A DNA stretch of 64,000 nucleotides, from positions 29,388,001-29,452,000 of the forward strand of contig OZ024745.1 of NCBI GenBank assembly GCA_964016885.1, written 5' to 3'. The notes under the pieces were generated by a model, which saw nothing but the letters and a program-made list of their open reading frames with translations, searched no databases and had not been told where the DNA came from. Positions within the stretch are counted from its first letter, which is position 1, and each line of letters opens with the position of its first letter. This stretch comes from Eledone cirrhosa (taxonomy: Eukaryota). The position numbers and the translations under genes were made by a program. Positions 1 through 11,748 of the stretch are shown piece after piece.

Positions 1-371
1 GGAAAGACCAGGTACCTCCATAAAAACACTTATTAGTAATACATACCCTTTTCAAAGACCTCCCTATATAGATAAGAAATGCATAATCTGTAAACTAAGC
101 CTCCATATTAACTGTAAAACTAGAAACATAGTATATAGCATAAGATGTACTGAGGGACAATGTAAAGATAAGAATATAGTGTACATAGGTGAGACAGCTC
201 ATAGCATAAGAGAACGATTAAATGAACACTGGCGAGAACTCCAAGATAGAAAAGACTCATCAGTACTCCACCAGCATGCTAAAATAGAACATAAGGGCAA
301 ATTAGAGAACATATAAATAAAAATAAAATCTACACACAGAAAAGACGCAATGTTTAGACAAATCACAGAGT

Positions 372-681
372 CGTCATCACCATTTCATCATCATTTTACA
401 TCCGCTTTTCCCTGCCTGCAAGGGTGGGATGGGAACTGATTCTGGCTTGATTTCTACAGCTGGATGCCCTTCCTAACACCAACCTCATTTACAGTGAGTG
501 CTGGGTGCTTTTTTGCCATGGCACCTCCATGACCACCTTGCAGTGGAATGATAGGGACACCAGTCCCTATCATCTCATTTCTACAGTTGTGTAAACTGTA
601 GCAATGTGAAATAAAGTGTATTGCTCAAGGAAACAACACATCACCCGGTATGAGAATTGAACTCACAACCTTTCGATTGCA
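372..681 (-). mobile_element. SINE family B (tRNA-derived, RTE-like 3' tail), 5'-truncated
   Basis: Reverse complement matches the copy at 20416-20754. Confidence 0.85.
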
Positions 682-963
682 AAACATAAATGAACTCCAA
701 CCAAAATTAAATAGAAAACATGAATGGAATAGCATCATCACAACTTACAATTGAGGACAAAATGAAAACACACGCACATAGAACAAACAACTAACTAGTA
801 ACATGTAAATAAACAAATAAATAAACAAATAAATAAACAAATAAAAACACACACAGACACCTGGATGTAACACATGCGCAAACTAAGCACACAACACACA
901 CAAAAACAAGATGGCATAGGACAGAACAAAGGAGAGGCACAAAACAAAGAAAAGAATCCCCCC

Positions 964-1007
964 AGTCACTGTAGAGGTCACAGAATGTGTGACGAAAGAA
1001 CTTTGAC
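964..1007 (+). ncRNA. Degenerate hammerhead ribozyme (core CTGTAGA instead of CTGAAGA)
   Basis: agtca CTGTAGA g gtcaca gaatg tgtgac GAAA gaac TT tgac. Confidence 0.6.
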
Positions 1008-1168
1008 AATATATGAACAACCATCCGGAAATTTATAATAAATTGAAGTGAAAGCAACTAGTGTGTGTGTTTCTTACTGGCAACATGACCCTCTCAAAGT
1101 ATAACAATATCGGTTTCAACACGTTTTCAGATAAAGAATCTTGCTAAACAAATTCAGAAACGAAATAT

Positions 1169-1323
1169 ATACATACATATATACATATATATATATACAT
1201 ATATACAAATATATACATACATATATATATACATACATATATACATATATACATATATACACATACATATATACATATACATACATACATACATATACAT
1301 ACATATATATATATACATACATC

Positions 1324-1357
<34 letters not shown>

Positions 1358-1359
1358 CA

Positions 1360-1395
<36 letters not shown>

Positions 1396-1437
1396 CATAT
1401 ATATATATATACATACATATATATATACATACATATA
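1169..1437. repeat. TA/TACA compound microsatellite
   Basis: Direct reading. Confidence 0.95.
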
Positions 1438-1586
1438 TCATCATCATCATCATTTAACGTCCATCTTCCACGCTTGCATGGGTTTGGACGGGAGGTTTTC
1501 CACTTGAGGCAAGATTTGTTGTCCTGCTCGTATAGGACTGTCTGGCAGGTTTTCTACGGCTGGATGCCCTTCCTAACACCAACCAC
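1438..1586 (-). mobile_element. RTE LINE 3' end fragment with (GAT)n tail
   Basis: Similar to the 3' UTR of the RTE copy at 8013-8170. Confidence 0.85.
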
Positions 1587-1666
1587 ATAATGTGTGGTGA
1601 CAGTCAAGTTTACAATTTTCAACTGACAGTTGAAAATTGCAAACGTGACTGTCACCACACATTATG
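1586..1666. repeat. 81-bp palindrome (40-bp arms, 1-nt spacer, 2 mismatches)
   Basis: cataatgtgtggtgacagtca...caactg a cagttg...tgactgtcaccacacattatg. Confidence 0.9.
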
Positions 1667-1703
1667 AACCTGAAGGTTGCGAAAGCATGAAAGTACTTGT
1701 TCA
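1665..1703 (+). ncRNA. Variant minimal hammerhead ribozyme
   Basis: tgaac CTGAAGG ttgc gaaa gcat GAAA gtac TT gttca: stem I tgaac/gttca, palindromic stem III aagtactt, non-canonical A9 position. Confidence 0.55.
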
Positions 1704-1889
1704 ATTAACACTTAACATTTAATATTCCACCATACTATTTCATTCTAATACCATTATAAATTTTAAAGGATTGTAAATAAAACGAGTAAATCAAACAATA
1801 TTAATATAATCTTCTATACACACTCATACACACCCATTATTAATATAATCTTCTATATACACTCATACACACCCGTGTATATTTATCTA

Positions 1890-1932
<43 letters not shown>

Positions 1933-2344
1933 GCATAAACACACAGAGTATACAAAAAGTCACTGAATTTATTTCAATAAATCAGATCTATATAAGCAAG
2001 ACATGGTCACCTGACCTGGCTCTCTTCATAACCTGATACCTAATCTATCTAACTAATGGAAAATAGATGTTAAACGGTGATGATGATGACAATGATGATT
2101 AAATTCATCTATTTGTCTAATTTATTACAGAAGCTCTTTGTGTTTTTTTTCATTGCTTTAAATAAATATTTAATAATGTTAAATTAGAAATATCTAAGTT
2201 GACTTAGAAGGTATTAGAGAAATTAAGAGTTTAAAAATATAGTCACCACAATGCAAATAACTACAATAATAGTTGATCAGATAAGATAAAGTACTTGTAG
2301 AAATGAAAAAAGGAACAGAGATATTTGCAGGGAATTATTAAAAT

Positions 2345-2445
2345 TGTTGCAGTTGTTGTTGTAGTTGCAGCTGTTGTTACAATTATTGTTGTAATAGTAG
2401 TTAGTAGCTGTTGCAGTTGTTTTTGTGGATGTTATAGTTATTGTT

Positions 2446-2486
<41 letters not shown>

Positions 2487-2625
2487 TATTGTCACTTTTG
2501 CAGTTGCTGTGAAGGTTGTTATAGTGGTAGTAGTTGTAGTTATTGTTGCAGTTGTTGTGATGGTTGTTACAATAGTAGTTGTTTTTGTTGCAGTTGTTAT
2601 TGTTACAGATGTTGTTGTAATTATT
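2345..2625. repeat. Degenerate (GTT/GTA)n trinucleotide tract
   Basis: Direct reading. Confidence 0.9.
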
Positions 2626-2754
2626 GTTTTTTCATTGAAATTCAATAAAATTCTGTTGTTTTTCAAAAGTTTAACTCAATTATATTTTGGCAGAAGACAT
2701 ATTATGGCTGACTTCCAGACTTTCTCATTGTTAAAACTGTCCAATTGGAATTTT

Positions 2755-4095
2755 ATAGCTATAACCATCACCACCATAGCTATAACCATCACCACCATAG
2801 ATATAACCATCAACACCATAGCTATAACCATCACCACCATAACTATAACCATCACCACCATAGATATAACCATCACCACTATAGCTATAACCAGCACCAC
2901 CATAGATATAACCATCAACACCATAGCTATAACCATCACCACCATAGATATAACCATCACCACCATAGCTATAACCATCACCACCATAGATATAACCATC
3001 ACCACCATAGCTATAACCATCACCATCATAGCTACAGCCATCACCACCATAACTATAACCATCACCACCATAGATATAACCATCACCACCATAGCTATAA
3101 CCATCACCACCATAGATATAACCATCACCACCATAGCTATAACCATCACCACCATAGATATAACCATCACCACTATAGCTATAACCATCACCACCATAAC
3201 TATAACCATCACAGCTACAGCCATCACCACCATAACTATAACCATCACCACCATAGCTATAACCATCACCACCATAGCTATAACCATCACCACCATAACT
3301 ATAACCATCACCACCATAGCTATAGCCATTACCACCATAGCTATAACCATCACCACCATAACTATAACCATCACCACCATAGCTATAACCATCACCACCA
3401 TAGATATAACCATCACCACCATAACTATAACCATCACCACCATAGATATAACCATCACCACCATAGCTATAACCATCACCACCATAGCTATAACCATCAC
3501 CACCATAGCTACAGCCATCACCACCATAGCTATAACCATCACCACCATAGCTATAACCATCAACACCATAGCTATAACCATCACCACCATAGATATAACC
3601 ATCACCACCATAACTATAACCATCACCACCATAGATATAACCATCACCACCATAGCTATAACCATCACCACCATAGCTATAACCATCACCACCATAGATA
3701 TAACCATCACCACCATAGATATAACCATCACCACCATAGCTATAACCATCACCACCATAGATATAACCATCACCACCATAGCTATAACCATCACCACCAT
3801 AGATATAACCATCACCACCATAGCTATAACCATCACCACCATAACTATAACCATCACCACCATAGCTATAACCATCACCACCATAACTATAACCATCACC
3901 ACCATAGCTACAGCCATCACCACCATAGCTATAACCATCACCACCATAGCTATAACCATCACCACCATAGATATAACCATCACCACCATAACTATAACCA
4001 TCACCACCATAGCTATAACCATCACCACCATAGCTATAACCATCACCACCATAGATATAACAATCACCACCATAGATATAACCATCACCACCATA
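2755..4095. repeat. 21-bp minisatellite ATAGCTATAACCATCACCACC, about 64 copies
   Basis: Direct reading; unit variants ATAGAT, ATAACT and GCTACAGCC. Confidence 0.97.
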
Positions 4096-4910
4096 TGCTT
4101 TGAACGACAAAGCATAAACGAACTAAGGAAAAAATTAGAAATAAGAGGGATCAGATGTTGTTTACTAGAGAGAAGGCTACGTTGGTATGGTCACGTGATA
4201 CGCATGAAGGACGATAGCTGTATAACAAAGTGCAGGGCAATAAAGATAGACGGTAGCCACGGAATAGGCAGACCCAGAAAAACCTGGGACGAGCTGATAA
4301 ACTCCGACCTCACACAGTTACACCTCACCAAGACAATGTCACTGGACCGAGACCTTTGGCGGTACTCAGTAATAGAGAAGACCCGCCTTACCTAAATACA
4401 AAGTAAAACCTACTACAGTCAGTAGGCATCTCTAACAAAATACACCCCCCCCCCCCACACACACCCCATCCACACCGCCCCCTCTATGTAAAGTTATGTT
4501 GGTGCCACACCATCCAGGCCGAAACAAATGAGATCGTGTAGGTGTCACGACAAAAAAACACACAGTCCACGCTGTAATGTGTATTTTGTTAGAGATGCCT
4601 ACTGACTGTAGTAGGTTTTACTTTGTATTTAGGTAAGGCGGGTCTTCTCTATTACTGAGTACCGCCAAAGGTCTCGGTCCAGTGACATTGTCTTGGTGAG
4701 GTGTAACTGTGTAGGCAACACGGTAAAAACCTCCCAGACCCACACTGTAAATGTGGTTGGTGTTAGGAAGGGCATCCAACTGTAGAAAACCTGCCAGACA
4801 GTCCTATGCGAGCAAGACAATCACTCTTGCCTCAAGTGGGAAAACCCCCGTCCAAACCCATGCAAGCGTGGAACACGGACGTTAAACGATGATGATGATG
4901 ATGATGATGA
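4096..4910 (+). mobile_element. 5'-truncated RTE LINE (ORF C-terminus, 3' UTR, (GAT)n tail) with an internal inverted duplication at 4579-4712
   Basis: ERQSINELRKKLEIRG...RRLRWYGHV...GRPRKTW; GAT tail. Confidence 0.92.
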
Positions 4911-5146
4911 TATATATATGTATATGTATATGTATATATATATGTATATGTATATATATATGTATATATATATGTATATGTACATATATGTATGTATATA
5001 TGTATATGTATATATATGTATACATATGTATGTATATGTATGTATATATGTATATGTATATATATGTATGTATATGTATATATATGTATATGTATATATA
5101 TGTATATATATGTATGTATATGTATATGTATATATATATATGTATG

Positions 5147-5208
<62 letters not shown>

Positions 5209-5252
5209 GAAATAAACCAAAGAAGCCTTCAATACATCAAAAGTCTTTATTA

Positions 5253-5290
5253 GCCAACAATGTTTCGTCCTATTAAGGACTCATCAGGGC
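5253..5290 (-). ncRNA. Minimal type I hammerhead ribozyme
   Basis: Minus strand: gcc CTGATGA gtcc ttaata ggac GAAA cattg TT ggc. Confidence 0.75.
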
Positions 5291-6666
5291 AAGTAAAGCT
5301 ATAAGAAGCACTATCGGCCAATACAAGCCAAAAACTCAGAAGAATATGGAGTATACATACATTAAAGCATAGGAAAATTATCCTTCGCATCCTCCATACA
5401 TTTCTTTTTTCTGTCACCATTGGCCTACCATAGTTCTATTTAAAGTCTGTTTATTAGATAACGTTATTCAACTGATAGTAGAGTATTTCATTCTATTCTG
5501 GATGTTCTTATTGAGATATCTTAAACTTTGGAGATTTTGATTACTTAAACCATAGCTAATTTTGTATTGACTTCTTATATATTTTAAATACTTGCAATAT
5601 TAATTAATTTAATAGGGTTTTCTAGTCATTTATCCGGGTTTGTTTCCTAATTTTTTTACTTAACTGTCTGTGATACCTAAGTAAATATTTTTGTCCTTGT
5701 TTTTCGATTTCCGGTTGATTTTATTTATATTTATATTTTTTACTACTGTGCGTAGTTTCTGTCTGGTTCTTATTCACTTATTCACATATGTCTGTCTACC
5801 AACCATGTAATTATGTATATTATACTATGTTCATTATTTGATATTGATGTACCCTTATGTTAAATTTTGTAAATTCTGTAATATGTTTATATTTTTATAA
5901 TTTTTGTAATGTTTAGATAATACTTATTTATACCAACTGTATAAAAACTTGACCTCCGTCTGTTTTCTTACAACGGTATAGATATTTTTCCAGCACAATT
6001 TTTTTCAACACAATTTAGTTCTGTATGATATTTTTTCTCACCCTGTGTGTAACTTTATATGATTTTTTAAGTTATATGCCAATATATTATAATATTGTTA
6101 TTATAGTGTTATTGTAATATTTATACTGTTTGTACAAATTGACCGGAGATTATTAATTATATAATTATATAGTATATTATATTTTATATGTTTACTTTTA
6201 CTCATTTCTTTATCATTTTATACTGTAAATAATATATGTATTATTTTTATTTTTATTTTTATTTTTATTTTTATTTTTATTTTTATTTTTATTTTTATTT
6301 ATATTTAAACTCTTAATAGGTGTTAGTTTGGGTTTGTATTGATGGATATGTGTATTGATATATATATGTATATGTATATGTGTACATATGTATATGTTAG
6401 GCCTTTTAATATTATTATTATTATCATTATCAATTATATTATATTATATTATATTATATTTAGTACCGTAATTCTCGCTTTATATCACCACTTGTGTTTA
6501 GCTTTAGTTTTTGCATTGTACTATATTTGTAATATGGTTCAAAATGTTATTCACTTCCTTAGCAATTTTTATTTGATAATTTTCCTATGCTTTAATGTAT
6601 GTATACTCCATATTCTTCTGAGTTTTTGGCTTGTATTGGCCGATAGTGCTTCTTATACCTTTACTT

Positions 6667-6704
6667 GCCCTGATGAGCCCTTAATAGGACAAAACATTGT
6701 TGGC
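6667..6704 (+). ncRNA. Mutated hammerhead, mirror copy of 5253-5290 (GAAA changed to AAAA)
   Basis: gcc CTGATGA gccc ttaata ggac AAAA cattg TT ggc. Confidence 0.6.
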
Positions 6705-6852
6705 TAATAAAGACTTTTGATGTATTGAAGGCTTCTTTGGTTTATTTCTTAATTCTTCGGCTCTGTTTAATTACATTGAGCTATACCTTTACTGTCATTT
6801 CTATAATATGAAGAGGGTGTTTAACTCCAACACACTCTAGTATTTTAATTCT

Positions 6853-6905
<53 letters not shown>

Positions 6906-7142
6906 GTATATATATGTATATGCATATATATGTATATATATGTATATGTATGTATATGCATATATATGTATATATATGTATATGTATATATATGTATATG
7001 TATATATATGTATATGTATGTATATGTATGTATATATATATATATGTATATATATGTATATGTATATGTATATATGTATATGTATATATATGTATATGTA
7101 TATATATGTATGTATATGTATATATATGTATATATGTATATA

Positions 7143-7223
<81 letters not shown>

Positions 7224-7225
7224 GT

Positions 7226-7904
7226 ATTGCAGGGCAATAAAGATAGACGGTAGCCACGGAGTAGGCAGACCCAGAAAAACATGGGACGAGCTGATAAATT
7301 CCGACCTCACACGCTTACACCTCTCCAAGACAATGTCACTGGACCGAGACCTTTGGCGGTACTCAGTAATAGAGAAGACCCGCCTTACCTAAATACAAAG
7401 TAAAAACCTACTACAGTCAGTAGGCACCTCTATCAAAACACACCCCCGTCCCACCACCTCCACCCCACCCACACCGCCCCTTTCAATGTAAAGTTATGTT
7501 GGTCCCACAACATCCAGGCCGAAACAAATGAGATCGTGTAGGTGTCACGACAAAAAACACACAGTCCACGCTGTAAATGTGGCCGTGTAGGCAACACGGT
7601 AAAAACCTCCCAGCCCCACACTGTAAATGTGGTTGGTGTTAGGAAGGGCATCCAGCTGTAGAAAACCCGCCAGACAGTCCACGCTGTAATGTGGCCGTGT
7701 AGGCAACACGGTAAAAACCTCCCAGCCCCACACTGTAAATGTGGTTGGTGTTAGGAAGGGCATCCAACTGTAGAAAACCCGCCAGACAGTCCTATGCGAG
7801 CAAGACAACCACTCTTGCCTCAAGTGGGAAAACCCCCGTCCAAACCCATGCAAGCGTGGAACACGGACGCTAAACCTGATGATGATGATGATGATGATGA
7901 TGAT
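7226..7904 (+). mobile_element. 5'-truncated RTE LINE 3' end with a ~114-bp tandem duplication in the 3' UTR
   Basis: [19 protein letters not shown]...EKTRLT*; 7561-7674 repeated at 7675-7787; GAT tail. Confidence 0.92.
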
Positions 7905-7905
7905 G

Positions 7906-7982
<77 letters not shown>

Positions 7983-7983
7983 G

Positions 7984-8012
<29 letters not shown>

Positions 8013-8014
<2 letters not shown>

Positions 8015-10274
8015 CATCATCATCATCATCATCAACGTTTAACGTCCGTGTTCCACGCTTGCATGGGTTTGGACGGGGGTAGTCCCACTTGAGGCAAGAG
8101 TGATTGTCTTGCTCGCATAGGACTGTCTGGCAGGTTTTCTACAGTTGGATGCCCTTCCTAACACCAACCACATTTACAGTGTGGGTCTGGGAGGTTTTTA
8201 CCGTGTTGCCTACACGGCCACATTACAGCGTGGACTGTGTGTTTTTTTGTCGTGACACCTACACGATCTCATTTGTTTCGGCCCGGATGGCGCGGCACCA
8301 ACATAACTTTACATAGGACGGGGTGGTGTGGATGGGGTGGGGGTGGTGGTGGTGGGACGGGGTGTATTTTGTTAGAGATGCCTACTGGCAAGGCGGGTCT
8401 TCTCTGTTACTGAGTACCGCCAAAGGTCTCGGTCCAGTGACATTGTCTTGGAGAGGTGTAAGTGTGTGAGGTCGGAGTTTATCAGCTCGTCCCAGGTTTT
8501 TCTAGGTCTGCCTATTCCGTGGCTACCGTCTATCTTTATTGCCCTGCACTTTGTTATACAGCTATCGACTTTCATGCGCATCACGTGTCCATACCAACGT
8601 AGCCTTCTCTCGAGTAAACAACATCTGATCCCTCTTATCTCTAATTTTTTCCTTAGTTCGTTTATGCTTTGCCGTTCACGTATATTACTGTTACACATCC
8701 AGCGGAGCATGCAAGCTTCGTTCCTCTCTAGTCTGCGTATATCCTCTGCACACAATGCCCAGGTCTCACTGCCATGCAACATTGCTGTTCGTATGCAGGC
8801 ATCGTACAACCTGCCTTTCATTTTTAGGGAGAACCCTTTAGCAGCTAATAGTGGTATAAGCTCTCTGAACTTTTTCCAACCAGTTCTGACTCTAGCTACA
8901 GTACTTTCAGAGCACCCTCCCCCACTGCTGATTTTATCGCCCAGGTAACGGAAGCTGTCCACTATTTCTATAGAACCCTCTGCGCAATTGAAAGAGCTAG
9001 TATTGTGTGGGCACTTGCTGCTACTTATTGCACCAGAACACCGGCCACATGTAAAATCTATGTTCTTAGTTAGCTTACCTGTGATCCCACTACATCTTTT
9101 ATGCACCCATACTTTGCATTTAGGACACAAAATGGAGTTTCTACCTACGCCTTTCCTACACACCGAGCACGACCATTTCCCAGAAGGGACCGCCGCCTTG
9201 TTTTCTTTCCTACAAACTAGAACTTTGGTCTTAGCCAGGTTAATTTTAAGTCCTTTTGACTCTAGGCCGTGCTTCCATGTTTGGAATTTCTTCTCTAGCT
9301 CGGCCATTGATTCCGCTATGAGTGTCAGGTCGTCTGCGTATAGGAGTTCCCATGGGCAGCCTGTCTTGAACTCCACTGTTATAGCCTGAAGGGCAATAAT
9401 AAATAGTAGGGGGCTGAGAACAGAGCCCTGATGGACGCCAACTTTTACGCTAAACTCTTCACTATATTCGTTGTTAATTCTAACCTTGCTGACTGTTTCT
9501 TTATACATGGCTTGTATAGCCCTCACAAGCCATTCGTCAACGCCTAGTTTTCTAAGAGCCCACCAGATAATGGAGCGGGGGACTCTGTCGAAGGCTTTCT
9601 CCAAGTCGACAAAAGCTAAGTAGAGGGGTTTACCTTTAGCTAGGTACTTCTCCTGTAGTTGTCGTACTATGAAAAGAGCGTCTGTGGTACTTTTGCCTGA
9701 CACAAACCCGAACTGCATTTCATCTAGGTCAATTCTCTCTCTGATTAGTTGCGCTATTACTTTTTCTGTGACCTTCATGACCTGGTCGATTAATTTAATG
9801 CCTCTATAGTTACTCCTATCTAGGGCGTCTCCTTTACCCTTATAACAGTTAACGATGATGCTGCTATGCCAGTCCTTCGGAACAACCCCATTCTGTACGA
9901 CTTGGTTAACTATGCGGGTGACCATGGTGTGTCCCACCGTGCCAGATGCCTTCAGCATCTCAGCAACTATTTCCGAAGGCCCAGCCGCCTTACCTGTCTT
10001 CATATCCTTGATTGCCTTACTTATTATACTCCCCTCGACTAACACTGCTGGTCCCTCTATTGGGTCGACATGGGGGAGACTGTCTTTCTCCCATTTATTC
10101 TCCTCATTTAGTAGCCTTTCATAGTGACACTTCCAAGCTGCCTTCTTATCAGTGTCGGTGATGGCAAGTATGCCATCATCGTTAAGTACACACTTCTCCC
10201 CGACAATATCACGGTTTTCCTTGACGCATTGCCTAGCAATCCTGAACACCTCACGTTTTTGGTCATCGCGTTGT

Positions 10275-10280
<6 letters not shown>
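8013..10280 (-). mobile_element. RTE-clade LINE, 5'-truncated (about 2.27 kb), embedded in (TA)n
   Basis: RT ORF, 3' UTR and (GAT)n tail; TA repeats on both sides. Confidence 0.95.
8372..10279 (-). CDS. RTE reverse transcriptase ORF (partial, no endonuclease domain) with a PHD-like Cys/His insert
   Basis: NYRGIKL, QFGF, FVDLEKAFDRV, GVHQGSVLSPLLF, LLYADDL, RRLRWYGHV motifs; the listed ORF start lies in microsatellite and is spurious. Confidence 0.93.
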
Positions 10281-10325
<45 letters not shown>

Positions 10326-10329
<4 letters not shown>

Positions 10330-10689
10330 TCATCATCATCATCATCAGCGTTTAACGTCCGTGTTCCACGCTTGCATGGGTTTGGACGGGGGTAGTCCCA
10401 CTTGAGGCAAGAGTGATTGTCTTGCTCGCATAGGACTGTCTGGCAGGTTTTCTACAGTTGGATGCCCTTCCTAACACCAACCACATTTACAGTGTGGGTC
10501 TGGGAGGTTTTTACCGTGTTGCCTACACGGCCACATTACAGCGTGGACTGTGTGTTTTTTTGTCGTGACACCTACACGATCTCATTTGTTTCGGCCTCGA
10601 TGGCGCGGCACCAACATAACTTTACATAGAACGGGGTGGTGTGGATTGGGTGGGGGTGGTGGGACGGGGTGTATTTGTTAGAGATGCCT
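10326..10689 (-). mobile_element. RTE 3' UTR fragment
   Basis: Near-identical to 8013-8383. Confidence 0.9.
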
Positions 10690-11296
<607 letters not shown>

Positions 11297-11503
11297 TTTC
11301 GTTTCTGAATTTGTTTAGCAAGATTCTTTATCTGAAATCGTGTGTTGAAACCGATATTGTTATACTTTGGGAGGGTCATGTTGCCAATAAGAAACACACA
11401 CACCAGTTGCTTTCACTTCAATTTATTATATATTTATAAATTTACAAATTTATAAATTTCTGGTTGGTTGGTTGGTTCCACAACCAGATAGTTGTTTATA
11501 TAT

Positions 11504-11548
11504 AGTCATAGTTCTTTCGTCACACACTCTGTGACCTCTTCAGTGACT
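11504..11548 (-). ncRNA. Minimal type I hammerhead ribozyme of the Penelope pLTR
   Basis: agtca CTGAAGA g gtcaca gagtg tgtgac GAAA gaac TA tgact: stem I agtca/tgact, stem II gtcaca/tgtgac. Confidence 0.85.
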
Positions 11549-11748
11549 GGGGATTCCTTTCTTTGTTTCTGTGCCTCTCCTTTGTTCTGTCCTACGCCAT
11601 TTTGTTTCTGTGTGTGTGTTGTGTGCTCAGTCTGCGCATGCGCCACATCCAGGTGTCTGTGTGTGTTTATGTTCATTTATCTATTTGTTTATTTACATGT
11701 TACTGGTTGGTTGTTTGTTCTATGTGTGTGTGTGTTTTCATTTTGTCC

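Larger units (their letters stand above)
1..1168 (+). mobile_element. Diverged 3' fragment of the Penelope-like element: GIY-YIG tail, 3' UTR, mutated hammerhead and pLTR leader; interrupted by a SINE
   Basis: Collinear with the reverse complement of about 11297-12200 (ERPGTSIKTLIS...YIGETA...); ends at CAGAAACGAAATAT joined to a TA/CA microsatellite. Confidence 0.9.
5204..6851. mobile_element. Non-coding element with 179-bp inverted repeats (5204-5382 and 6575-6753), each carrying a hammerhead motif; probable non-autonomous Penelope derivative
   Basis: Arms are near-exact reverse complements; TA microsatellite on both sides. Confidence 0.7.

Noticed and set aside
2425-4395. 656-aa ORF as a membrane-anchored mucin-like protein fused to an RT C-terminus
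   Set aside because: Chance read-through of a (GTA)n tract, a 21-bp minisatellite and a truncated RTE
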